DNA from: an uncultured Syntrophomonadaceae bacterium
GTDB taxonomy: Bacteria; Bacillota; Dethiobacteria; SKNC01
Length of the DNA stretch: 31,149 nt
Assembly: GCA_964474145.1 (NCBI GenBank)
Contig: CAYYWR010000001.1
Span: 1 to 31,149, forward strand
Direction of reading: 5' to 3'
Part shown: positions 1-8,025 of the stretch, piece after piece
Numbering within the stretch: position 1 is the first letter of the stretch
Layout: each line of letters opens with the position of its first letter
Made by a program: the position numbers and the translations under genes
Notes under the pieces: generated by a model
Told to the model about the DNA's origin: nothing
Database searches by the model: none
Seen by the model: only the letters and a program-made list of their open reading frames with translations

Positions 1-11
1 TAGATTTCCAT
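1..11 (-). CDS. Probable 5' end of the next dcw gene (M-E-I-...), truncated by the window edge; product unknown (murB/murC/murA expected by synteny)
   Basis: ATG at 11-9 with AAGGGA (22-17) 5 nt upstream; only 3 full codons visible. Confidence 0.25.
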
Positions 12-192
12 CGTATTCCCTTCGGCTCCCTGGGTACAACCGAGCCGTCTCAGTGAAACCGCTCATTTCTTTTTTCACTATAGTGTTAAATATAATTCAT
101 TTTATGCATTTAACTTAAATGTGTGCTTTAAGTTGCTTGTCCTTGTTAATTATCTTTCCCCGGGGAAATAGCTTATTAGAAGATCTGTGATT

Positions 193-1264
193 TCAATCAC
201 CAGTTAAATTTTTCATAAGATTAAAAATCACCTCTGTTGAATCAGGCCGGCTTAAGCCCTTACTCCCAAGGGACATCTCCTCAAGCTTTTTATCGTCACT
301 GATAAGGGCAAATATCTCTTCTGCCAGTATTTTGCCTGTAAGGTTATCTTCTAATATAAGCTCTGCTGCCCCTGCATCAGAAAGCACCCGGGCATTTAAC
401 ACCTGATGATTATTAGTTACATTTGGTGATGGAATTAAAATTGAAGGAAGCCCCCGAGCTGTTATTTCCGACAAAGTTGTAGCCCCGGCCCGACATTTCC
501 TCTAAATAAGGTTTCAGAAAAATATTATCAGCTTTAATAATATCTCTGTTCTTAGCTGAACCAATTATATTGTCATAATACCTTTGTCCGGTAATATAAA
601 CAAATTGAGCCCATTTACACTCTATTAGATAAGGCATAATTTCCATAATGCAATCATTAATCTTTTCTGCTCCTCGACTGCCACCTACAATTAAAATACT
701 TTTCTTATTAGGATTCAACATTAAAGCCTTAATTCCTTCTTCTCTTCTGACCCCTGCTACTTCAGAAGCCCTGGGATTTCCTGTCACAACAACTTTATCT
801 GAATTCCGGAAATGCTTTTTTGAAGCTTCAAAGGACACACATATTTTTTTTGCAAATCCAGATAAAATTTTATTGGTTATACCAGGAATCACATTTTGTT
901 CATGAATTAATCCCGGTATTCCCAGAAGAGAAGAACAGTATACTACCGGGCCACAAACATAGCCTCCGGTACCTAAAACCACCTGGGGCTTAAATTCTCT
1001 TAAAATCTTCCTGGTTTCAATTCCTCCCCTGGCTAAATCAGTAAAAGTTTTTATAAGCTGGGGAGATACCTTTCGCGGCAATCCCCTTACCGTAATAGTT
1101 TCCAGTTGAAACCCCGCTGAGGGAACTATACTGCTTTCCAGGCCCTTTTTAGTTCCTACGAACAATATTTCAGCCCCGGGCTCTTTAGATTTTATGTAGC
1201 GAGCCACGGCCAGAGCAGGATAAATATGCCCTCCTGTTCCCCCGCCCGCCAGTATAACTCTCAT
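193..1264 (-). pseudogene. murG: murG undecaprenyl-PP-MurNAc-pentapeptide GlcNAc transferase, split by a frameshift at ~493 (real lesion or assembly error)
   Basis: N-part has GGGTGGHIYP, GTGGYV, HEQN, TGNP and GGSRGA. After KPYLEEM (ATG 496-494) a single T (493) precedes a second frame reading RAGATTLSEITARGLPSILIPSP...NHQVLNA to the stop at 193. The ~12-residue segment normally between M and RAGATT is absent. Confidence 0.85.
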
Positions 1265-1313
1265 TAAAATTTTTCATCCCTTCCTGGCTTGAAAATATAT
1301 CCCCGAGCAGGAG

Positions 1314-1359
1314 AAGTGTGAACATTATCCAGCTCGCCATTCTGTAACACTTCACACTT
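1314..1359 (-). other. Hairpin in the murG 5' leader
   Basis: Perfect 9-bp inverted repeat AAGTGTGAA (1314-1322) / TTCACACTT (1351-1359) with further inner pairing (UGUUA/UAAUG, CAG/CUG). No U-tract follows on the minus strand. Confidence 0.5.
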
Positions 1360-1368
1360 AACATCCTG

Positions 1369-1396
1369 AGTATAAGGTTAAATTACCTGCTTTAAA
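1369..1396 (-). promoter_or_regulatory. Possible internal sigmaA promoter for murG
   Basis: TTTAAA-16 nt-TATACT on the minus strand in the 200-bp spoVE-murG gap; weak -35. Confidence 0.3.
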
Positions 1397-1467
1397 AAAC
1401 TAAAGAACTACTATTTATATTAACACAATAATATAGCTCTGTCTAAAGGAAAAATATATGCAGTTAC

Positions 1468-2571
1468 TCAATACTGGACATATTTTGAAATATTTAATAA
1501 TATTCCTATTGAGCTGAGGGTGAAGAAAAGAGAACTCCCTCCTGCACTAATAAAGGGTAAGTTAATTCCTGTTACCGGAATAGAGCCTGTTACTACCCCT
1601 ACGTTTATGATAACCTGTAAAGCTATCATGGAAACTATACCTACCGCCAGCAAGCTTCCAAAGGCATCTGGAGCCATCAAGGCCAGCTTGAAGCCCCTCC
1701 AGACAAGCAGAAAAAATAAAAGAATCACCGTAATGGCACCTATAAAGCCTAACTCTTCTCCTATGAGAGCAAAAATAAAATCGCTGTGGGGTTCTGGAAG
1801 GTAAAAAAACTTCTGCCTGCTTCTTCCCAGGCCCACCCCAAAAAGCCTCCCGGGACCCAGGGCATAAAGAGACTGTATGATATGGTAACCAGTATCCATT
1901 CTATCTTCCCAGGGATCCAGAAAGGAAAAAAATCTCCTTCTCCTGTAATCTTCCGACATCATTAAATAAATAAGAGAAAATATACCTGTTAAACCCAGAG
2001 GAATAATATGTTTCCACTTCATCCCCGCTGTAAAGAGAATAATAAATACTGTCCCTGCAATAGCTACAGCGGTACCTAAGTCCGGCTGTTTTAGAATTAG
2101 TAAAAAACATACTCCCATTATGGCCAGAGGAGGCATTGCTCCCAGCCAAAAATTATTGATTTCTACTTTTTTCTTTGATAAAAAGGCAGCTGAAAATAAT
2201 ATCAAAACTATCTTGGTGAATTCTGAAGGCTGTATGGTCATTCCACCAAAGCCTATCCACCTTCGGGCAGCGTTTATCTCAATGCCTATACCGGGAACAT
2301 ACACCAGAGCTAATAATATAAAGTTAATCAAGAGCAAAAACTTGATATATTTCTTAATTTTCCAATAGTCATAATTGGCTAAAAATAACATGCCTGATAA
2401 ACCTAAAAAAGCCCAAAAAACCTGCCTCTTTAAAAAATAATAGCTGTCTTCCCGCAGTTCCGTAGCAGTATAAAAACTGGAACTGAAAACCATCACGATG
2501 CCAATTCCCAGCAAAACAATGGCAGTAAAAAAAATGATAAAGTCAGGAGGTTTACCCTTTCTTTTTCTCAC
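1468..2571 (-). CDS. spoVE: SEDS-family peptidoglycan polymerase FtsW/SpoVE
   Basis: Multi-TM protein with RRWI, IQPSEFTK, QPDLGT, LPEPHSDFIF and GINLPFISAGGSS; located between murD and murG. Start reassigned to GTG 2571 (GGAGGG 6 nt upstream), giving 367 aa and a 20-nt overlap with the murD 3' end. Confidence 0.92.
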   Translation of the reverse strand: MRKRKGKPPDFIIFFTAIVLLGIGIVMVFSSSFYTATELREDSYYFLKRQVFWAFLGLSGMLFLANYDYWKIKKYIKFLLLINFILLALVYVPGIGIEINAARRWIGFGGMTIQPSEFTKIVLILFSAAFLSKKKVEINNFWLGAMPPLAIMGVCFLLILKQPDLGTAVAIAGTVFIILFTAGMKWKHIIPLGLTGIFSLIYLMMSEDYRRRRFFSFLDPWEDRMDTGYHIIQSLYALGPGRLFGVGLGRSRQKFFYLPEPHSDFIFALIGEELGFIGAITVILLFFLLVWRGFKLALMAPDAFGSLLAVGIVSMIALQVIINVGVVTGSIPVTGINLPFISAGGSSLFFTLSSIGILLNISKYVQY

Positions 2572-3940
2572 CAACATCCCTCCCCAAAACTCTAACCAGC
2601 TTTTTAAACTCGTTACCCCTTTCCTCATAACTGCTAAACATATCCCAACTAGCACAAGCCGGTGATAATAAAACCAGATCACCTTCTGTACCTAACTGAT
2701 AGGCCTTGCTTACTGCCTCCTTAATGTCATCAACCAGAGTGAATCTATTAAATCCAGCTTTTTTAACAGCCCGAGCAATCACTTCCCTTGTTTCTCCCAA
2801 CAGCAAAAGGTGTTTTACGCTCCCCTGTATGTAACTGGTTAACTCTTCAAAGTTAGAGCCCTTATCCTTCCCCCCAGCAATTAATATAACTTTCTGGGGA
2901 AAAGCTTCCAGGGCCTTAATAGTAGCCCCAGTGTTTGTTCCTTTGGAATCATTTATAAAAGTAATTCCCTGATATTTTCCCACACTTTCCAAGCGGTGGG
3001 CTACCCCCTTAAAAGAGCGTAAAGCTTGAGCTATTATTTCTATCTTAATGCCTGCGGCAAAAGATATAGCTACTGCCGCCAGAACATTTTCCAGGTTGTG
3101 TCTTCCCGGGAGCAAAACTTCATCAACGCGGCACACTTTAACTGTTTTATTTTCTTCTCCTATAACAATATGTTCATTTTCCAGGTAAATTCCTCTTTTT
3201 AATATATTGTTCAAGCTAAATAATATAGTTTTAGCTTTTGTTTCTTCTGTTAAATTAGCTAAGTATCCATCATCGGCATTAAGTACAGTAAAATCTTCCC
3301 ACCGCTGATTCTTAAAAATTTGTTTTTTAGCTTCCAGGTAATTTTGCAAACTGTAATGACGGTCCATATGATCTTCTGATATATTTAAAATTGCCCCTAC
3401 ATGAGGCCTGAATTCTTCTATTCCTTCAAGCTGAAAACTGCTCAGCTCTGCAACTATAAAGGAGTCAGGGGGAGCTTCCAGGGCAATATCGCTTAATGGA
3501 ACACCTATATTTCCTGCTACCCTTACATTTAATCCAGCTTTTTTAAATATTTCACCTGTTAAAGCTGTGGTAGTTGTTTTTCCATTAGTCCCGGTAATGC
3601 CCACTATAGGGCCTTCTATAAAATGATAGGCTAATTCTATTTCCGTTATCACTTTAATCCCCAGGGCTTTAGCTCTTTTAAGAGGCTTGATATCCATGGG
3701 AACTCCAGGGTTTTTTACAACCAGGCTTGTGTCAGTGTTTACCAGGCCCTGGGGATGCCCACCGGTAACAATCTTTATATTTTTTAAAGGCTGTAAAGCC
3801 CCTATAGAATGTTTTAGCTCTTCACGACATTTATAATCATTGATTATAACGCTGGCTCCTTTTTGAGTCAGCAGTGATGCTGCTGAAACACCACTGAGGC
3901 CCATTCCAAGAACTACTACTGTTTTTCCTTTAAGCTCCAT
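2552..3940 (-). CDS. murD: UDP-MurNAc-L-Ala:D-glutamate ligase
   Basis: GMGLSG, GITGTNGKTTT, ELSSFQLE, HRLE, NDSKGTN, GGKDKG and LLSPACASWDMF motifs. Confidence 0.97.
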   Translation of the reverse strand: MELKGKTVVVLGMGLSGVSAASLLTQKGASVIINDYKCREELKHSIGALQPLKNIKIVTGGHPQGLVNTDTSLVVKNPGVPMDIKPLKRAKALGIKVITEIELAYHFIEGPIVGITGTNGKTTTTALTGEIFKKAGLNVRVAGNIGVPLSDIALEAPPDSFIVAELSSFQLEGIEEFRPHVGAILNISEDHMDRHYSLQNYLEAKKQIFKNQRWEDFTVLNADDGYLANLTEETKAKTILFSLNNILKRGIYLENEHIVIGEENKTVKVCRVDEVLLPGRHNLENVLAAVAISFAAGIKIEIIAQALRSFKGVAHRLESVGKYQGITFINDSKGTNTGATIKALEAFPQKVILIAGGKDKGSNFEELTSYIQGSVKHLLLLGETREVIARAVKKAGFNRFTLVDDIKEAVSKAYQLGTEGDLVLLSPACASWDMFSSYEERGNEFKKLVRVLGRDVGEKKKG

Positions 3941-3958
3941 ACCTGAAAGCCCTCCCCG

Positions 3959-4906
3959 TTAAACAGAAGCTATGCCAACAAGGGCAAGAATAAAAGCAGT
4001 TGCCCAAAAAATATTTACAACTTTCCACTCACTCCAACCGCTCAACTCAAAATGATGATGCAGGGGGCTCATTTTGAAAACTCTTTTCCCGGTAAGCTTG
4101 TAAGCAATCACTTGAATTATGACCGATAAGGTTTCGGCAACAAATATTCCACCAATTATAACCAAAACAAATTCTGTTTTAGTTAATATTGCTACCGTTC
4201 CCAAAGCCGCCCCCAGAGAAAGAGAACCTGCATCTCCCATAAATATTTTTGCAGGGTGAAAATTATATATCAAAAACCCAAAGCATGCACCTACCAGGGC
4301 TGCACAAAAAAAAGCGATATCCATAAAACCCAGGCTAGAAGCAATAAACATATAGGCTAGAAAGCTTATAATGGCAGTTCCGGTTGCTAATCCATCTAAA
4401 CCATCTGTAAGATTCACAGCGTTAGACGAACCAACTATAATAAGCAACATAAAAAGGGGATAAAATAATCCCATGTCTATGGAAGGCCCAAAAGGAATAT
4501 ATACAACCGTACTGTGTCCATTTATATACAAGATACTTGTCAGAAGCAACACCAGAAGTGCCTGACCCAAAAGCTTATTCCGTGCCTTTAACCCCAGAGA
4601 GCGCCTGTAAAGATACTTGGACATATCATCTACCATGCCAATAACTCCATTACCAATAATAATCAAGGCCAGGAGATAAAAATTTAAAGTTTTAGGAACC
4701 ATAAACAGAGATGTTACCAGCAGTGAAAAAAGAAAGATTACTCCTCCCATAGTAGGAGTCCCTGTTTTCTTTAAGTGGCTGAGGGGACCGTCTTCCCTTA
4801 CATGTTGGCCGAATTTAAGCCTTCGAAGACCATAAATAATTACAGGTCCTGTTATTACGCTTATTAAAAAAGCTATAGCCATTGTATAATAATACTCGAT
4901 CCTCAT
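3959..4906 (-). CDS. mraY: Phospho-MurNAc-pentapeptide translocase
   Basis: KTGTPTMGG, GMVDD, NAVNLTDGLDGL, PAKIFMGDAGS and MSPLHHHFEL motifs. Confidence 0.97.
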   Translation of the reverse strand: MRIEYYYTMAIAFLISVITGPVIIYGLRRLKFGQHVREDGPLSHLKKTGTPTMGGVIFLFSLLVTSLFMVPKTLNFYLLALIIIGNGVIGMVDDMSKYLYRRSLGLKARNKLLGQALLVLLLTSILYINGHSTVVYIPFGPSIDMGLFYPLFMLLIIVGSSNAVNLTDGLDGLATGTAIISFLAYMFIASSLGFMDIAFFCAALVGACFGFLIYNFHPAKIFMGDAGSLSLGAALGTVAILTKTEFVLVIIGGIFVAETLSVIIQVIAYKLTGKRVFKMSPLHHHFELSGWSEWKVVNIFWATAFILALVGIASV

Positions 4907-4925
4907 AAATTATCTCCCTGGTAAG

Positions 4926-6305
4926 TTATTTTAAAAACTCAACTATTTTTTCCATTTTCATCCCCCGGGATCCTTTCACCAGAATATAATCTCCAGGTTG
5001 AGTAATTTCTGATAATTTTTTCTTCAATTTCACATGATCTGTGAAATGCCAGGAGTTAGATACTCCCCTTTCCCTGGCCTCTGTTACTGTAATAAGCATC
5101 AAATCTCCAACTCCCAGGATAGTATCAACTCCTATAGATGCTGCAAACTGGCCAACTTCTTTATGAGCCTCTTCCTTAATAGAGCCTAGCTCCAGCATGT
5201 CCCCCAGTACCGCTATTAAACGAGAGCCCTTTCCAATAAGGGCCAGGGTCTTTAAAGAAGCCTTTGTAGAAGACAGGTTGGCATTATAGGCATCATTCAT
5301 AATAGTTACCCCCCGGGAAGCATCTATTATTTCCATGCGCATACCTGTTAAATCAGGGTTAGCCAAACCCATTTTAATCTCCTGCAGAGGCACTCCAAAA
5401 TACAGGGCACAGGTCACGGCAGCCAAGGCATTATATACATTATGTTCCCCGGGAAGGGGAATGAAAAAATCCTCTTCCTGTCCCCTGATATTTACTTTAA
5501 AGTCCGTTCCCTTATTTTTTGGTGTCAGACCATATGCTTTTATATCAACTTCCCCTTGTAAACCATATAGAATAGCTTTGCCTTTGCCTTTAAACTCCTC
5601 TGCTATGCGGCGAAGCCAGTAATTGTCACCATTGAGAATAGCTGTGTTACCCGAATTCATTTCTTCTAAGAGTTCTCCCTTGGCCTTTGCTATTTCATCT
5701 TTTGAACCCAGCAGTTCCAAATGGGCCTCCCCAATATTAGTTATAACACCAACTTCTGGCCGGGACAACCTGGTTAGCAGACTTATTTCTCCCCTGTTTC
5801 TCATGCCCATCTCCAGTACAACTGCCTGATGCTCTTTTTTTAATCGCAAAAGTATCAGGGGCAACCCCAGGTGATTGTTTAAGTTGCCCTCTGTTTTAAG
5901 GGTTTTAAAACTATAACCCAGGACGCTGGCAATAAAATCTTTTGTAGTAGTCTTGCCTGAGCTTCCGGTTACACCTATAACTTTTAAGGAAAACTTGTTC
6001 CGGTAATAACTTGATATTTTTTGTAAGGCCTCAAGGGGCTCTTTTACCCTTATCAATGTTCTGTTGGCCGGATAGCTCTCTCCTTCATTTATGTAAGATA
6101 TAATAGCCCCGGAAGCTCCTTTTTCCATAGCATCCAGTATATATTTATGACCATCAGTATGCTCCCCTTCCAGGGCTACAAAACAATCTCCCGGTTTAAG
6201 AGTTCTCGTGTCAATGGAAAAACCCTTTATCAATGCCCTTATGTTCCCCTGGAGCATTTCTCCCCCGGTAACTTTTAATATCTCTTCATAACTAATATCT
6301 AGCAT
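4926..6305 (-). CDS. murF: UDP-MurNAc-tripeptide:D-Ala-D-Ala ligase
   Basis: IDTR, GVTGSSGKTTTK, GNLNNHLGLP, LEMGM, NDAYNAN, LGDMLELG and VKGSRGMKME motifs. Confidence 0.96.
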   Translation of the reverse strand: MLDISYEEILKVTGGEMLQGNIRALIKGFSIDTRTLKPGDCFVALEGEHTDGHKYILDAMEKGASGAIISYINEGESYPANRTLIRVKEPLEALQKISSYYRNKFSLKVIGVTGSSGKTTTKDFIASVLGYSFKTLKTEGNLNNHLGLPLILLRLKKEHQAVVLEMGMRNRGEISLLTRLSRPEVGVITNIGEAHLELLGSKDEIAKAKGELLEEMNSGNTAILNGDNYWLRRIAEEFKGKGKAILYGLQGEVDIKAYGLTPKNKGTDFKVNIRGQEEDFFIPLPGEHNVYNALAAVTCALYFGVPLQEIKMGLANPDLTGMRMEIIDASRGVTIMNDAYNANLSSTKASLKTLALIGKGSRLIAVLGDMLELGSIKEEAHKEVGQFAASIGVDTILGVGDLMLITVTEARERGVSNSWHFTDHVKLKKKLSEITQPGDYILVKGSRGMKMEKIVEFLK

Positions 6306-6323
6306 AGCTGTTCCCCTTTGAAA

Positions 6324-7826
6324 TCATCTCTCTCTTTGCAGCTTCCCTTCAAGTATTTTTCTGGCCACTTCCCGGTCGTCAAAGGTCATAGTGCGATCCT
6401 TAAAAATCTGGTAATTTTCATGGCCTTTTCCAGCTATAAGCACAATATCACCAGCCTCAGCCATATGAATAGCTCTAGAAATAGCTTCCCGCCTGTCCCG
6501 GCATATTTCAAATTCTTCTGCTTTTTTATTTATCAAAAGACCTGGCTCTACATCCTGAAAAATCTTTTCCGGGCTCTCTGTGCGGGGATTGTCTGTAGTC
6601 AAAAAACAGTAATCGCTGAATTTTCCCGCTACTTTTCCCATGGGAGCCCTCTTGGCCCTGTCCCGGTCACCTCCACAGCCAAAAACAGTGATAATCCTTC
6701 CGGAAGCAAACTCTTTAATTGTCTGCAGAACATTATCCAGGCCATCCGGGGTGTGGGCATAATCCACAATTACCGTAAAATCCTGTCCTATTTCAATTTT
6801 TTCAAAACGCCCGGGGATTCCGGAGATATTTTCAAGTATTTTTTTAGATACTTCCCATCTTAAACCTTCTATAAAAGCTACAGTTAAGGCTGCAAGAGCA
6901 TTATATACACTGAAAAGGCCGGTTAATTTTAAATTTATATCACCTTCTCCCCAGGGACTTTCCACATAAAAAGAAACCCCGGTATCCTTTATGTCAATAT
7001 TTTTTGCCCTTACATCAGCTTTATATTTAATTCCGTAAGTTACCTTTTGTACTCCCGCCTGATTATATATATATTTAAAATTGGAATCATCCCTGTTAAT
7101 TACAGCTGCCTTTGGGCGCCCTCCTTTTTCCGGTAAAGTCCCTAGCCAGGAAAAAAGTTTCCCCTTGGCCTGTAAATAACGGTCAAAAGTATGATGAAAA
7201 TCCAGGTGGTCATCAGATATATTGGTTAGCACACCAATATCAAAATCACAGCCAGACACTCTTTTTAAATCCAGGGCATGGGAAGAAACCTCCATAGAAA
7301 CATGACTCACGTTTTCAGCAACCAGGTATGAAAAGATATTTTGAAGGTCAGGAGATTCAGGGGTTGTAGCTAATACTGGTAATGTTTTTTCCCCCAATTT
7401 ATATGTTACTGTACCCACAAGCCCAGTTTTTTTGCCAGATCCTTCTAACAAAGCATCTATCAGGTGGGCGGTAGTAGTTTTTCCGTTAGTACCCGTTATG
7501 CCTATTAGCCTTAATTTGTTTGAAGGAAACCCATAATATTTTGAAGCAATAACAGCCAGGGCCTCCCTTACTTCGGGAACTACAACTTTTACAACTCCCT
7601 CTACCTCTTCTGTATCCCATCTATCCGTAAGAATAGCTCCAGCTCCCCTGTCTACAGCCTGGGATATAAACTCAGAACCATGAACTCTGGTCCCCGGAAG
7701 ACAGGCAAATATATATCCTGGTTTCACATTCCGGGAATTATAGGTGATACCCTTAACATCAAAATTATCAAAGCCTTCAATTTTTTTAATCAATAAAGAA
7801 TCCAAGATATTGTTCAAACTATTCAA
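6324..7826 (-). CDS. murE: UDP-MurNAc-L-Ala-D-Glu:meso-diaminopimelate ligase
   Basis: GITGTNGKTTT, TTPES, MEVSSHAL, DHLDFH, VDYAHTPDG, FGCGGDRD, the DNPR motif (mDAP-type) and AGKGHE. Start reassigned to TTG 7826 (AGAGGGG 7 nt upstream), giving 500 aa. Confidence 0.96.
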   Translation of the reverse strand: MNSLNNILDSLLIKKIEGFDNFDVKGITYNSRNVKPGYIFACLPGTRVHGSEFISQAVDRGAGAILTDRWDTEEVEGVVKVVVPEVREALAVIASKYYGFPSNKLRLIGITGTNGKTTTAHLIDALLEGSGKKTGLVGTVTYKLGEKTLPVLATTPESPDLQNIFSYLVAENVSHVSMEVSSHALDLKRVSGCDFDIGVLTNISDDHLDFHHTFDRYLQAKGKLFSWLGTLPEKGGRPKAAVINRDDSNFKYIYNQAGVQKVTYGIKYKADVRAKNIDIKDTGVSFYVESPWGEGDINLKLTGLFSVYNALAALTVAFIEGLRWEVSKKILENISGIPGRFEKIEIGQDFTVIVDYAHTPDGLDNVLQTIKEFASGRIITVFGCGGDRDRAKRAPMGKVAGKFSDYCFLTTDNPRTESPEKIFQDVEPGLLINKKAEEFEICRDRREAISRAIHMAEAGDIVLIAGKGHENYQIFKDRTMTFDDREVARKILEGKLQRER

Positions 7827-7966
7827 TAGCAAGCCCCTCTCTAATTTGACTGAACTATAAGAACAGATCCCGCTCCGGGGGTAATAGCTTTCAGCAAAAC
7901 TTATTATTAACATTATTGTATATTTTATAATTTAATGAATAAAAAAAACAGGTTAAACTATAATAT

Positions 7967-8010
7967 AAAACAAAATAATAGGGACAGGCAAATAAATAAC
8001 CCCACCCTTA
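7967..8010 (-). terminator. Possible weak intrinsic terminator after spoVD
   Basis: Imperfect stem UAAGGGUGGG / CCUGUCCCUA followed by UUAUUUUGUUUU. Confidence 0.3.
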
Positions 8011-8025
8011 GATATTTTATTACTA

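Noticed and set aside
23-60. CUGAGA and CCGAAGG motifs suggesting a TPP or glycine riboswitch
   Set aside because: The remaining conserved aptamer elements are absent and the region is too short
1-66. Longer reading frame MSGFTETARLYPGSRREYDGNL
   Set aside because: No RBS upstream of ATG 66 and no resemblance to a Mur enzyme N-terminus; ATG 11 has the better RBS
155-168. 14-bp perfect palindrome TTTCCCCGGGGAAA after murG
   Set aside because: No loop and no U-tract, and a couple of 7-bp-arm palindromes are expected by chance in 31 kb; no known operator recognised
474-500. Programmed ribosomal frameshift in murG
   Set aside because: No slippery sequence, and conserved residues are missing, so recoding could not restore the full protein
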